NCBI GenBank assembly: GCA_043732185.1
Contig: JAYTHY010000104.1
Coordinates: 1-63,896, forward strand
Length of the DNA stretch: 63,896 bases
Direction of reading: 5' to 3'
Source of the DNA: Fibrobacteria bacterium
Lineage (GTDB): Bacteria > Fibrobacterota > Fibrobacteria > UBA11236
Numbering within the stretch: position 1 is the first letter of the stretch; every line of letters begins with the position of its first letter. Shown in pieces: positions 50,537 through 61,128 of this stretch. The position numbers and the translations under genes were made by a program. The notes beneath the pieces are model-generated. The model was given only the letters and a program-made list of their open reading frames with translations, was not told the origin of the DNA and did not search any database.

Positions 50537-52297
50537 TCAGTCATGTGCCAGGGATTCGCTGTCCCAAATGTCGTTAGGATTGTCAGTCCGTTGGATCAAA
50601 AAGTTTTCCATAACCAAGCAGTCAATTCCGGTGCCCATCATGCATCGATAGGCTTGCGCCGGTGTGCATACGATCGGTTCCCCTCGGATGTTGAACGAGG
50701 TATTCACCACCATGGGAACGCCCGTTAGTTTCCCGACGGCTTTTATTAAGTCGTAATACCTTTGGTTCTGGTCGCGACGAACTGTTTGTAAGCGTCCACT
50801 GCCATCTATATGGGTCACAGCGGGTATTCGCGTCCGATATTTTTCCCGGATAGGGTAGACCATGAGCATGAAGTCGGTTGGGACGGGAACTGGGCTGTCG
50901 CAGACGAAGTACTCTTCCGCATCCTCGGCGCAAACAGCCGGTGCGAAGGGACGGAAGGCTTCGCGGTGTTTGACCTTTTCGTTCAATATGGATTGCATGG
51001 CAGGGGAGCAGGGATTGGATAGAATGCTACGGGCGCCTAAGGCCCGAGGTCCCCATTCCATCCTACCTTGAAACCAACCGACGATTTGATCCGCCTCTAT
51101 CAGGCTAGCCGTCTTAGATACCAAGTCTTCCGATGCGGCAAACTTGGAGTACTTGATCCCGGAGCGCACAAGAAATTTTTCCACTTCATCCGAAGAATAA
51201 GCTGGCCCCAGGTACGCGTTTTCCAGGACATAATTGCGTGGATGCCCAAGAATAACATTGTGTACAAATAAAGCTGCGCCCATACTGCTGCCGCCATCTC
51301 CGGCATTGGGTTGGATCCAAATATTTTTGAATCCTGTGGCGGCCAATATTTTTCCATTGCACACGCTGTTCAAGGCCACTCCACCAGCCAAAACCACATT
51401 ATCACTACCTATTTCCCGATGGGCGAATCGGAGCATGGCTAAAACGACATCTTCAGTAAGCATTTGCACAGCTGCGGCGATATCGCGATGGCGATTGTCC
51501 AGCGGGTCGGACTCGATTCGGATTGGTCCACCGAGCAACGCACACAGTTTTTTGGAGGGCATGCGATCGGAAAACTGGTAGGCGAAATAGTCCATATCCA
51601 GTTTATAGCTGCCGTCTGCTTTAATATCAATGACGCTTCGCAATTTCTGGTACCAGGCATTCTTCTCCCGGTCCATTAAGCCATAGGCACTTAGGCCCAT
51701 CACCTTGTATTCTGAATTGTTTACGCTGAATCCAAGATAGGCGGTAAGTGTTGAGTAGAGTAGACCCAAGGAATGCGGGAATCGGATTTCCTTGTTGAGT
51801 TCCAGAGCCGTACCGCGACCTCGTCCAATGGACGTCGTTGTCCATTCGCCCACTCCGTCCACCGTTAGGATAGCAGCTTCTTCGAATGGCGATGGTAGAA
51901 AAGCCGCTGCAGCATGCGACAGGTGATGGTTGATAAAAAACACATCACCTCTATAACCGAGTTTTTTTCTGAGCACTTGGCGAACGCGAACTTTTTCAGA
52001 AAGCCATGAGGGCAATGCCATTTGAAATGTTTTGAAAGTGTGGGGGAAAAAATCCAGGTGTTGACGAATGATGCGTTCAAATTTTAGAAACGGTTTTTCG
52101 TAAAAGGCGATAGAGTCGATTTGATCGATGGATATACCGGATTCGGCTAAACAGGCCTTGATGGCGTGGATTGGGAATGTGGAATCGTGCTTTAATCGGG
52201 TAAAGCGTTCTTCCTCGGCTGCAAAAACCACCTTTCCGTCCTTGAGTAAGGTGGCGGCGGCATCATGGTAGTGGCAACTGATTCCGAGAATAAACAT
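50537..52297 (-). CDS. O-carbamoyltransferase (NodU/CmcH/SxtI family)
   Basis: HDAAA, EEERFTR.KH, HHLSHA, EYKVMGL, GGVALN, GPRALG.RS, NTSFN. Confidence 0.96.
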   Translation of the reverse strand: MFILGISCHYHDAAATLLKDGKVVFAAEEERFTRLKHDSTFPIHAIKACLAESGISIDQIDSIAFYEKPFLKFERIIRQHLDFFPHTFKTFQMALPSWLSEKVRVRQVLRKKLGYRGDVFFINHHLSHAAAAFLPSPFEEAAILTVDGVGEWTTTSIGRGRGTALELNKEIRFPHSLGLLYSTLTAYLGFSVNNSEYKVMGLSAYGLMDREKNAWYQKLRSVIDIKADGSYKLDMDYFAYQFSDRMPSKKLCALLGGPIRIESDPLDNRHRDIAAAVQMLTEDVVLAMLRFAHREIGSDNVVLAGGVALNSVCNGKILAATGFKNIWIQPNAGDGGSSMGAALFVHNVILGHPRNYVLENAYLGPAYSSDEVEKFLVRSGIKYSKFAASEDLVSKTASLIEADQIVGWFQGRMEWGPRALGARSILSNPCSPAMQSILNEKVKHREAFRPFAPAVCAEDAEEYFVCDSPVPVPTDFMLMVYPIREKYRTRIPAVTHIDGSGRLQTVRRDQNQRYYDLIKAVGKLTGVPMVVNTSFNIRGEPIVCTPAQAYRCMMGTGIDCLVMENFLIQRTDNPNDIWDSESLAHD

Positions 52298-52306
52298 GTC
52301 TGCTGT

Positions 52307-52579
52307 TTAAAAGGGCCGGTAGTAAGAATCCGAGGGTTCCGCGCCCAAATGGATTTCCGACCAATATGTTTCCGGTTTATTAGCCGTGCGATTCCGAGTG
52401 ATAACCCCGTAAATAAAATGGCATAGCTTGGATAGTCCAATTCCAAAAAAGTAGGCGAGGGTCAGTAGCAGAAAATTATTGAAGGCGGCAATCCCTGCAA
52501 AAAAGTTTGAGGCACCGGCCTTCAAACCGATTATAAAATTGCGCATTGGCGAGAAGATGGCTTTCAACGGGCTAACCAC
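52307..52579 (-). CDS. SxtJ-like membrane protein (C-terminal half)
   Basis: NFLLLTLAYFFGIG...TYW...YYRPF; adjacent to the carbamoyltransferase. Confidence 0.65.
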   Translation of the reverse strand: MVSPLKAIFSPMRNFIIGLKAGASNFFAGIAAFNNFLLLTLAYFFGIGLSKLCHFIYGVITRNRTANKPETYWSEIHLGAEPSDSYYRPF

Positions 52580-52770
52580 TTACGCACCCATAGTCCGGAC
52601 TGATTGATGACCATGGCAAGGCCAGCATAGGGTAGGGGATTGGCAAAACCTGGTCCAATGTGCAGTGAGCGGGAGGCGAAAGTCAGTGCCAGGGTCATGG
52701 CCGTCCAGGCTAATAGGTATCCAATCACTTGTCCAAGCCGACCGGACCACGGTTCAGTATGCGTTTCCAT
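52564..52770 (-). CDS. Small 2-TM membrane protein
   Basis: 68 aa with two hydrophobic stretches; overlaps the next gene. Confidence 0.55.
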   Translation of the reverse strand: METHTEPWSGRLGQVIGYLLAWTAMTLALTFASRSLHIGPGFANPLPYAGLAMVINQSGLWVRKWLAR

Positions 52771-52854
52771 GCATGAAATAATAATTCCATGCGGACAGAG
52801 AGCGTAATTTGATATGATGGAAGCATCTCTTTTCTTGATACGTCCAGGAGAATA

Positions 52855-54555
52855 ATGTCTAAGGATACTGAGTTTACCCGTGGGTGGAGTTGGTTGGGTG
52901 GAGGGGCTTTTCTGGTCTCCTTTGGCCTTTATTTGCTTTGCTATGCACTTTTAGTGGCAAAAGGTGTATTCCTCCATGGCGATGATTTCGCCTATATAGA
53001 AAGCATAGTCCAAACATTGGCGCGTGGTCATTTCTACACCCATGATTTCATTGGTCCTTACAACATTTTCTTTACCGCGACTGGCGTTGCTGCGTATCTC
53101 TTATCCGGCAATTTTTATTTAAGCACCTATGGTGTGCTGGCATGTTTCGCCAGCTTCAATTTCATGTTGCTCTATATCATTTTTAGAAACCATTTTAGAC
53201 CCTGGCATGCGGCTGGATTTACCATGGCAGTGGTCACCTTTCCGTTTTACCTGCATAAATCACTGGATTATCATGGCTGTTTGCCAACGCAGACCTGTTT
53301 ATTATCAGCTCTCTTATCCTTTTCTACTGGTCGATACAAAATCATGTACGCTGCTATTTTTCTAGCTGTGGCGACACGCCAGAATAGCCTTTTCTTGTTT
53401 CTATTACCGCTATATGCTATTTGGAATGGCTATCGTAAGGAAGGCAAGCTTCCTTTAAAAATCTGTGGCTATTTGGTAGTCTGTCTGGCCGCGCTTTACT
53501 TCCTAAAGTTGAATATCAATATCAATTGGTTCAATCGCAACCTCCATCCTTTTCCCGAAAATCTAACCAGATTAGTATTAATCGTTCGGCAGTTTGGGGT
53601 AGGTATTTTCTTAGGGATTTTTTTTCTGGTGATCTCAGGAGTAACCGTGGGTGGTGTAGCTCCATTGGAGACGCTACGAACCAATTTTCGTTGTTTCAAA
53701 TTGCCAATAGCTCTATCTGCGATTTTTGGTTTAATTCTTTATATCTCTCCAGCCTCTCTGGTATGGTTCCAAACGCCTCTGATTGGTTCCTTGGACCATA
53801 AAGGATTGCTACAAACGATTTTGAAAATCACAATATTTATTTCGTTCTGGTTTTTGGACCGAAGGATTTTGAAGTTGGATATCTATTTGTTCCTGGGGCT
53901 TGCCTATGTAGGGATCTCATGTCTCCTTGGATTTTATTGGGATTATTATTTGGCAGAGCTCGCTTTCATTGCCATTTGGATTGCGTTGCTGGCAAGACGT
54001 GAAGATTTGGCCATAAATCAAAATTGGCCATTGGTGCCTATTTGTATTTATGCGGCTGTCTTACTTGGAAATTTTGGATATGCCTACCTTTACAAAGTCC
54101 TTGCTGATAAAGCGGTTTTGACAAATATTGTATTTGAGAAAATGGAAAGACAGCACCGGATTTCTCCAGAGAGAATGACAGGGGCGACCTTCGGATTTCT
54201 TGGATTTAAAGTCTTCCGTTTGGTTATGGAGGATAATCCCAATCATGAGCAGGATGATTTTACCTGTTATATACAGGGCGATGGTGTTGTCGTGGAGTCA
54301 GGTCTTCCGTGGAAGTTAAAGGAGGAATCCCTCAGCACCCAGAACGGGGAAGTACTGGAATTTGGAATTGCACGCATTGGCTTTATGAATCTGCCCTATC
54401 GAGTGGTAGACCATAAAAATCCTCAAGGTCGCAATGTGTGTCATGGGGAGTTCAAATATGATGAACGGACAAAAGGGTATTCGCGCCCTTTTCCATTGAA
54501 TAACACGGAGTGGGCTGCATTCATTCGCATTGCTAAAAATCAGTACCTGCACTGA
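52855..54555 (+). CDS. Polytopic membrane protein, putative GT-C glycosyltransferase
   Basis: RBS AGGAG; GDDFAY after TM1; many TMs; soluble C-terminal domain; paralog of 61797..63536. Confidence 0.7.
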   Translation: MSKDTEFTRGWSWLGGGAFLVSFGLYLLCYALLVAKGVFLHGDDFAYIESIVQTLARGHFYTHDFIGPYNIFFTATGVAAYLLSGNFYLSTYGVLACFASFNFMLLYIIFRNHFRPWHAAGFTMAVVTFPFYLHKSLDYHGCLPTQTCLLSALLSFSTGRYKIMYAAIFLAVATRQNSLFLFLLPLYAIWNGYRKEGKLPLKICGYLVVCLAALYFLKLNININWFNRNLHPFPENLTRLVLIVRQFGVGIFLGIFFLVISGVTVGGVAPLETLRTNFRCFKLPIALSAIFGLILYISPASLVWFQTPLIGSLDHKGLLQTILKITIFISFWFLDRRILKLDIYLFLGLAYVGISCLLGFYWDYYLAELAFIAIWIALLARREDLAINQNWPLVPICIYAAVLLGNFGYAYLYKVLADKAVLTNIVFEKMERQHRISPERMTGATFGFLGFKVFRLVMEDNPNHEQDDFTCYIQGDGVVVESGLPWKLKEESLSTQNGEVLEFGIARIGFMNLPYRVVDHKNPQGRNVCHGEFKYDERTKGYSRPFPLNNTEWAAFIRIAKNQYLH

Positions 54556-54617
54556 AGCTCTCCCGGACCCCGCATCAGAAATCGATTTATTATCTTCTGA
54601 ATAGATAGGAGCATACC

Positions 54618-55643
54618 ATGCCGCCAACAAAGGCTCTAGACTGGAAAAATTTAGGATTTCAATATTTGCCTACCAACGGCCAAATTCAAATTGATTATGA
54701 GGATGGGAAATGGGGACCCATACAGGTCAAGCGCGAGGCCTACATCCCGATGCATGTGGCCGCCAACTGTTTGCACTACGGGCAGGCTTGTTTTGAAGGG
54801 TTGAAAGCGTTTACAACTAAAACAGGAAAAATTGTAATCTTCCGGCCCAATCGGAATGCCGAACGCATGCAACAATCTGCCGATCGTCTGATGATGCAAG
54901 CGCCACCGACAGAACTTTTTGTCACAGCCTGCCGTCAGGCTGTGGAAATCAATCGCGAATTCGTCCCGCCATACGGTACAGGGGCGAGCATGTATTTGAG
55001 GCCTCTGCTGATTGGTACTGAGCCCGCTGTAGGCGTTAAACCTTCGAGCACCTATTCCTTTATTGTCCTGGTAACTCCAGTCGGTCCTTATTACAAGGAC
55101 GGGTTTAAACCCCTGGAAGCCTTGGTTATGGAAGATTACGATAGGGCGGCCCCCAAAGGAACTGGACGGGCAAAGATGGCAGGAAACTATGCTGCAAGCT
55201 TAAGGCCAGGCGATGAAGCCAAGCAGAAGGGATTTCCAATTGTGCTTTACCCTGATCCAAAAGAAAATAAATATGTGGATGAATTTGGGTCTTCTAATTT
55301 CTTTGGCATTACTCATGACGGTGAATATAAAACTCCAGACTCTGAATCTATTTTGCCAAGTATCACCAATGAAAGTTTACAGATATTAGCCAAGGATATG
55401 GGTCTGAAGGTTATCAAGGAGCCCATTCTTTTATCCAGCTTAGACCAATTCAAGGAGGTGGGGGCATGTGGAACAGCGGTAGTCATTACTCCTATACACG
55501 CCGTTCATCATGGATCTAAAAAGTTCATATTTGGTGAACCCAATCAAGCTGGAGAAACATTGTTGCGCCTATTCAATGCGTTTCAGGCCATCCAGTATGG
55601 AGACGCACCAGATCTGCATAAGTGGCTGACTCCCGTTCCCTAA
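54618..55643 (+). CDS. ilvE: Branched-chain amino acid aminotransferase
   Basis: LHYGQACFEGLKA, YLRP, AKMAGNYA, ILPSIT, GTAVVITP. Confidence 0.96.
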   Translation: MPPTKALDWKNLGFQYLPTNGQIQIDYEDGKWGPIQVKREAYIPMHVAANCLHYGQACFEGLKAFTTKTGKIVIFRPNRNAERMQQSADRLMMQAPPTELFVTACRQAVEINREFVPPYGTGASMYLRPLLIGTEPAVGVKPSSTYSFIVLVTPVGPYYKDGFKPLEALVMEDYDRAAPKGTGRAKMAGNYAASLRPGDEAKQKGFPIVLYPDPKENKYVDEFGSSNFFGITHDGEYKTPDSESILPSITNESLQILAKDMGLKVIKEPILLSSLDQFKEVGACGTAVVITPIHAVHHGSKKFIFGEPNQAGETLLRLFNAFQAIQYGDAPDLHKWLTPVP

Positions 55644-55670
55644 ATGGGATATTGGCCGCGCCCTTTTTAA

Positions 55671-56405
55671 TTATACCGATGGTAGCGCGGCCACTTTTTC
55701 TATCGCGATGATTATTTGCGCTCCAAAATATTTTTTCAGCGGATAAATCCATTCCAATACCGGTTGGAAAAAATGAATTATTTTGGCTAATGGAGTCGGA
55801 AAGAAAAAGGGGACGAATCCAATAAAATCAATGGATAGGATTTGGAAGCCTGAAGCTCTGCACCATTGAACAAGTTGCGCGCTAGTAAAGGACTGCTCTT
55901 CGTGATCGATATGGTATTGAGAGTGTTTTTCCAGCCATTTTAAAATCGGATTATTGCCATTGGGTTCAATTATCAAAATTTTATCACTTATTTTCGTGGC
56001 ATTGATAATACCCTGAGCGGCATCCGGAAGGTGATGGAGTACGCCTCTGACAATCCCAAGATCGAACTTGGTTTCTGGAAAAGTAGTAGGGTCAAGTAAA
56101 TCCCCGACCAAATAGTGCACTAGTTCGAATTTCACTTTGGCCAAATCGATTGCAACCGCAGCTGGATCTATACCAGTGAAATGGATACCAGGGAACCGAG
56201 TTTGCAATTCATGCGTATATGTCCCATCTCCGCAGCCAATATCGATGATGCTTTTGATGTTTTTCCCAATTAATGTAGCCGTAGCGGCAGTAATTCTGGC
56301 ATTAGCAATTTTCGATGAATAGGGTGCGTTGTTTGTGTAGCGATAACCACTATTGGCATGAATGTCGGCATTGAATTCGTTAACGTTCTGTTTTTGGGTT
56401 TTCAT
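55671..56405 (-). CDS. Class I SAM methyltransferase
   Basis: IDIGCGDG, GVLHH, IIEPN..NP. Confidence 0.9.
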   Translation of the reverse strand: MKTQKQNVNEFNADIHANSGYRYTNNAPYSSKIANARITAATATLIGKNIKSIIDIGCGDGTYTHELQTRFPGIHFTGIDPAAVAIDLAKVKFELVHYLVGDLLDPTTFPETKFDLGIVRGVLHHLPDAAQGIINATKISDKILIIEPNGNNPILKWLEKHSQYHIDHEEQSFTSAQLVQWCRASGFQILSIDFIGFVPFFFPTPLAKIIHFFQPVLEWIYPLKKYFGAQIIIAIEKVAALPSV

Positions 56406-56422
56406 GATATAGCCCTGAACTT

Positions 56423-57955
56423 TCAGGGAGCTTTGTGATGAAAAAGGTAGAGCCCATCTTGGCCGTATTGCTTGGTCCAGGTCGGATCCCGTTCCAAGCT
56501 ATCTAGACTCCGTTTGCGTTGCTCGGTGGTGAACTGCCAGAATGGAAGAACGACGTCTATAACAACATATTCAAAGTAGGCCATGGGTTTCTGGCGGTTT
56601 CCCCAAGTTGAGATTTCCCTTCGATTAGCGAACCTAGTCAGAAAGGGTCCATTGGCAAGGATGGGTGCGTCAACGGGTATTAGTGAGTTGAGCCGGTCCA
56701 CAATGCGCGAACGTTCAAAGTTACCGACAGGTATTGAAAAGGCTTCTCGCCACAATGGGTAACACACCAGGGAAGTCACCGCACACGCAATTAAAATGCG
56801 TCCATCTATGCCTGAAGCAATCGGACTATCGATGTTGCTCGGGTTTCTGAAGCGAAGGTCAGGTTCCAATACGAGCGCAGCCATGAAAAGGAACGCTGTG
56901 GGAAAGGCGTAGTTGACCCACATCACCATAAAAGCCGTATCTGGGAAGGCAGCATAGAAGGCCATAAGGGGTAAGGGAAGTAGTAAATACCGCCTGGGAA
57001 ATACCATCAAGAGCGGAAGGAAAGGAAGGGAAGCTTCGAAAACATAGGTCAAGTTCCGAGGCCGCAACCAATTTGTCACTACCTGCGATGGGGAAACGGG
57101 CATCAAATTGCCAAGCATATTGCCTTTAGGTGCAAAGTAAGGTACCACCACCCACCAATAGAATGCGATTTGAACGCAGCAAAGCAATCCTGGAAGAAGA
57201 ATCCATTTCCAGGGTCGCCTTTCCACCAGGGCTAACAATAAAATGCCCCCGATGACCATAGCGAACGATTCTTTGGAATAGACCAGGAATAGCGTACAAA
57301 GCAAAAAGGGAACAAGTTTTTGGTTTCTATAGGAATGCAAAGCCAGGACGAGTAGAGGCGCGCCAATGAGTTCCGGATGGAAACCATAGAAAAATTGAGA
57401 TGCTACCTGAGGCGATAGTACAATGGCGAGTGCCCCCCAGGCGGCAGCTTGAGGGGCGTCCCTGATGCAGCGAACTGACAACAGAGAGGCTGAGATTAAA
57501 GCAGCGCCTTGCCCCAACTTAATCCCTATGTCTCCGAAAAGCCAATGTATAGGAATCCACAAAGGAATGGTATATTGGGAGTGGATTCCAAACATGGTTT
57601 TCCCATCAAACGTAAAGTCAATGTTTCCATGACGGAGATTCCACAATGCCATTGAGTAAAAACTTTGATCCATGTCGCCGAGGTCGTCCATTTGGATATA
57701 TTGCCAGATTCCGAGCAGGGGAAGAGTTATTACTACGATTGAAAAAATTGTTTGACCGCTGAGACGAAGCCTTTGGCCGGTTTTTGAGAACCAAATAAGA
57801 TAGTAGGTGGCCAGTACCAGCCCCGTTCCTAAAAAATATTTTAGTGAGTGATGCTGGATCAGGAAATAGAGATACCCAAACGCTGGAATAAGGACGGACG
57901 CGAACAAGACCCGTGTTTTATCACCAGTCCAAGGGGATTCGAAACTAAACTTCAC
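56423..57955 (-). CDS. DUF2079-like membrane protein (GT-C fold)
   Basis: DQSFY..ALWN, FGIH, GFHPE, SKES; polytopic. Confidence 0.8.
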   Translation of the reverse strand: MKFSFESPWTGDKTRVLFASVLIPAFGYLYFLIQHHSLKYFLGTGLVLATYYLIWFSKTGQRLRLSGQTIFSIVVITLPLLGIWQYIQMDDLGDMDQSFYSMALWNLRHGNIDFTFDGKTMFGIHSQYTIPLWIPIHWLFGDIGIKLGQGAALISASLLSVRCIRDAPQAAAWGALAIVLSPQVASQFFYGFHPELIGAPLLVLALHSYRNQKLVPFLLCTLFLVYSKESFAMVIGGILLLALVERRPWKWILLPGLLCCVQIAFYWWVVVPYFAPKGNMLGNLMPVSPSQVVTNWLRPRNLTYVFEASLPFLPLLMVFPRRYLLLPLPLMAFYAAFPDTAFMVMWVNYAFPTAFLFMAALVLEPDLRFRNPSNIDSPIASGIDGRILIACAVTSLVCYPLWREAFSIPVGNFERSRIVDRLNSLIPVDAPILANGPFLTRFANRREISTWGNRQKPMAYFEYVVIDVVLPFWQFTTEQRKRSLDSLERDPTWTKQYGQDGLYLFHHKAP

Positions 57956-58041
57956 TTGCCATTATTCCTTTCTCCTTAATGTGTCATCAAGGCAAAACTG
58001 GATCGACATTTAATTCGGGATATTTTCCACACACGATCCGC

Positions 58042-58070
58042 TTGTTTTGACAGCTAGGATAGTCGATAAT
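58042..58070 (+). promoter_or_regulatory. Possible sigma70 promoter of the nucleotide-sugar operon
   Basis: TTGTTT-17 nt-GATAAT. Confidence 0.35.
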
Positions 58071-58130
58071 GGAGGAGAATCCCTGGAAAGATCCATTTTT
58101 CTAATTTGAGGTATCCGGAAAGGTGGGGTT

Positions 58131-59345
58131 TTGGCAATACCTTTGAATTTCAAATACGATGTCTGCATAATTGGCGGAGCGGGACACGTCGGCCTACCGC
58201 TTTCAATAGCACTGGCCGATCAAGGCCTGCGGGTCATCATACAGGATATCAACGAGGGGGCCATTGCTCCCATCAATCAGGGCAAGATGCCATTTCTCGA
58301 TCGGGGTGCCGATGCGGCTCTGGCGCGCGTGATTCATAAAAAGCTGTCGACCACCACTGACCCGACAGTTGTAGCAGATGCCCATATTATTATTGTGGTA
58401 ATCGGAACCCCTGTTGATGAACATCTCAACCCGGAGCTGAGAACCTTGCTTCGTCTCAGCGAGGAGATGGGGCCACATTTAAGTGCGAATCAAGTCGTTG
58501 TCCTAAGAAGCACGCTTTATCCCGGAACCACGGAGCGCTTCCGGGCCATTCTAAAACGATTCAACCCGGATGTAGAGGTTTGTTTCTGTCCAGAACGCAT
58601 TGCTCAAGGCAAAGCTTTAGAAGAATTGCACTCGCTCCCACAAATAGTTTCCGGTTTCAATGACCAGGCGGTCGAGCAGGTGTCGGAATTATTTCGTCAT
58701 CTCACAAAGGATATTGTTCTGCTCACCCCGCTAGAGGCGGAACTCACCAAGCTTTTTACCAATTCGTACCGATATATCCAATTTGCTATAGCGAACCAAT
58801 TCTATATGATCTCGGGAGAATATGGCGTCGATTTTCACAAAATTTACGGTGCCATGACGCATAAATATCCCCGTCTGGCGGATTTTCCTAAACCGGGATT
58901 TGCATCGGGACCTTGTCTTTTCAAGGACACCATGCAGCTTTCCGCCTTTACCAATGGAAACTTTTTCTTAGGGCATGGTGCGATGCTCATCAATGAAGGT
59001 CTACCAAATTTTCTGGTGGGAAAAGTCAAAGAGAGAATTGGACTGGAAGGCAAAGTGGCCGGTATTCTGGGTATGGCTTTCAAAGCCAATAGCGACGACA
59101 AACGGGAATCCCTTTCCTACAAGCTGAGGAAAGTTTTGGAAATGGAAGCGAGGCAAGTGCTTTGCTCCGATTTTTTTATAGGGGACGAGGGGTTTATCGG
59201 AGAAGAGGAATTGATTGAAAAGAGCGACGTCATTTTTATAGGCGCACCGCACACCAAGTATCGAGGGCTGGATTTCAAAGGGAAGCCGGTTGTGGATGTT
59301 TGGGGCTTTCTTCCTTATCCCACATTATTGCGAGGTGAAACGTGA
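58131..59345 (+). CDS. UDP-glucose/GDP-mannose dehydrogenase family protein
   Basis: GAGHVGLP, GTP, RSTLYPGTT, PERI, AELTKLFTN, GPCLFKD, LGMAFK. Confidence 0.95.
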   Translation: MAIPLNFKYDVCIIGGAGHVGLPLSIALADQGLRVIIQDINEGAIAPINQGKMPFLDRGADAALARVIHKKLSTTTDPTVVADAHIIIVVIGTPVDEHLNPELRTLLRLSEEMGPHLSANQVVVLRSTLYPGTTERFRAILKRFNPDVEVCFCPERIAQGKALEELHSLPQIVSGFNDQAVEQVSELFRHLTKDIVLLTPLEAELTKLFTNSYRYIQFAIANQFYMISGEYGVDFHKIYGAMTHKYPRLADFPKPGFASGPCLFKDTMQLSAFTNGNFFLGHGAMLINEGLPNFLVGKVKERIGLEGKVAGILGMAFKANSDDKRESLSYKLRKVLEMEARQVLCSDFFIGDEGFIGEEELIEKSDVIFIGAPHTKYRGLDFKGKPVVDVWGFLPYPTLLRGET

Positions 59346-60361
59346 AAGTGCTAGTCACCGGGGCCAAGGGCTTTATCGCCGGTTACCTGATAGAGGATTT
59401 GCTGGAGGCTGGCTGGGATGTGGTCGGCATTGACAATGGGTCCAAGTATGGACAAGTGGACAAGAGTTATGATGCCCATCCGAGATTTCACTACGTACGC
59501 GGTGATGCTAAGGATTCCACGCTGATGAAAGAGTTGCTCAAGGACTGCGATCATTTAGTTGCAGCGGCAGCCATGATCGGCGGCATCTCTTATTTTCATG
59601 CCTATGCTTATGATCTATTGGCGGAAAACGAACGCATCATCGCGGCAGCCTTTGATGCGGCAATCTGGGCCCATAAGCATGCAAAGCTTAAAAAAATTAC
59701 CGTGCTGTCCTCGTCGATGGTTTTCGAAAATGCCACCGAATTTCCAACTCCAGAAGGCCATCAAAAAGAGTGTCCGCCCCCTTTCTCGACTTATGGATTT
59801 CAAAAACTGGCCACAGAATACTTTGCCTTAGGCGCGTGGCAACAGTACAAACTTCCCTATACCATTCTCCGTCCTTTTAACTGTGTCGGTACGGGCGAAA
59901 AGCGTGCCTTGGGTGGTGCAGTGGTTAAATCCGGAAATGTGTCCTTGGCTATGACGCATGTAGTGCCGGACCTTGTACAAAAGATCCTGAAGGGGCAAAA
60001 TCCGCTGCGCATCCTCGGAAGTGGGGACCAAGTCCGTCATTACACTTATGGCGGTGATTTGGCACGCGGCATCCGTATCTCCATGGAAAATCCCGCCGCC
60101 CTAAACGATGATTTTAATTTGTCCACGGCACAAAGTACAACGGTTTTGGAATTGGCGAAATTGATTTGGGAAATGATCAACGGCAAGGCCCCCTTTCATT
60201 TTGAATGTGATGAACCCTATTCCCATGACGTCCAAATGCGTGTACCCGAGGTTTCCAAGGCCAAAAAAATCCTTGGCTTTGAAGCTGTAACCCCACTGCG
60301 AACAGCGTTGGAAGAAATTATCCCTTGGATCAAACAGCAGATTGAAGTCGGAGGAATGTAG
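59342..60361 (+). CDS. NAD-dependent nucleotide-sugar epimerase/dehydratase/decarboxylase (extended SDR)
   Basis: TGAKGFIA, SSSMVF, YGFQK, RPFNCVG, G.GDQVR. Confidence 0.93.
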   Translation: MKVLVTGAKGFIAGYLIEDLLEAGWDVVGIDNGSKYGQVDKSYDAHPRFHYVRGDAKDSTLMKELLKDCDHLVAAAAMIGGISYFHAYAYDLLAENERIIAAAFDAAIWAHKHAKLKKITVLSSSMVFENATEFPTPEGHQKECPPPFSTYGFQKLATEYFALGAWQQYKLPYTILRPFNCVGTGEKRALGGAVVKSGNVSLAMTHVVPDLVQKILKGQNPLRILGSGDQVRHYTYGGDLARGIRISMENPAALNDDFNLSTAQSTTVLELAKLIWEMINGKAPFHFECDEPYSHDVQMRVPEVSKAKKILGFEAVTPLRTALEEIIPWIKQQIEVGGM

Positions 60362-61128
60362 TGCCCTTTGCCGATGGCACGGTGCCGGGATTGGCCGGGT
60401 CTTTGGAAATTATTATTCCAGTGTACAATGAAGGGGAAAACATTGTCCGCACTTTGGAAGAAATCAATACCCAAATAAAATACCCACATAAAATACTGGT
60501 AGTCTATGATTTCGATGAAGACAGTACGCTTCCCCCCTTGCAGCGCTATATTGCGCGCAGCGGTCACATGGGAATACGAACGGAAAAAAACCATTATGGA
60601 AAAGGAGCGCTGAACGCCATTAAGAGCGGCTTCGAAGCTACCCAAGAAGAATTGTGTCTCGTGTGTATGGGCGATCTTTCCGATGATATGAGTGCCGTCG
60701 GGCCTATGCTGGAAAAAATGGCGGAGGGATGCGATATAGTTTGTGGCTCGCGGTACATGCGCGGAGGCCGTCAAATTGGTGGCCCTTTTCTTAAAGGATT
60801 TCTCGCACAAATGGCTGGACTTTCTTTACACTATATTTCCGGCCTGCCTACCCATGATGTAACCAATAGCTTTAAAATGTATCGCAGCAGCATGCTGCGG
60901 AGAATTACCATAGAAAGCACCGGTGGATTTGAAATCGGGATGGAGATTGTAATCAAGGCGCATCTGTTGAGCTGTAAAATAGATGAGGTGCCTTCAACCT
61001 GGCGCGATCGCTCCGGTGGTGAAAGTAAATTTCAGCTTTGGAAGTGGTTACCGAATTATCTGCACTGGTATTTTCTGGCGCTAAAGGGCAGGTTTTTGCT
61101 TCGAGCACTTCCATTGAAAGGTGATTAA
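60361..61128 (+). CDS. GT2 polyprenyl-phosphate glycosyltransferase (DPM1-like)
   Basis: IIPVYNE, GKG.L.AI..G, MGDLSD, GSRY..GG, DVTNSFK, R..GESK. Confidence 0.9.
   Translation: MPFADGTVPGLAGSLEIIIPVYNEGENIVRTLEEINTQIKYPHKILVVYDFDEDSTLPPLQRYIARSGHMGIRTEKNHYGKGALNAIKSGFEATQEELCLVCMGDLSDDMSAVGPMLEKMAEGCDIVCGSRYMRGGRQIGGPFLKGFLAQMAGLSLHYISGLPTHDVTNSFKMYRSSMLRRITIESTGGFEIGMEIVIKAHLLSCKIDEVPSTWRDRSGGESKFQLWKWLPNYLHWYFLALKGRFLLRALPLKGD

Noticed and set aside
50361..52770. Saxitoxin biosynthesis cluster
   Set aside because: Only the sxtI/J/K-like module is present; no sxtA/sxtG/sxtB-like genes, and the context is glycan-related.
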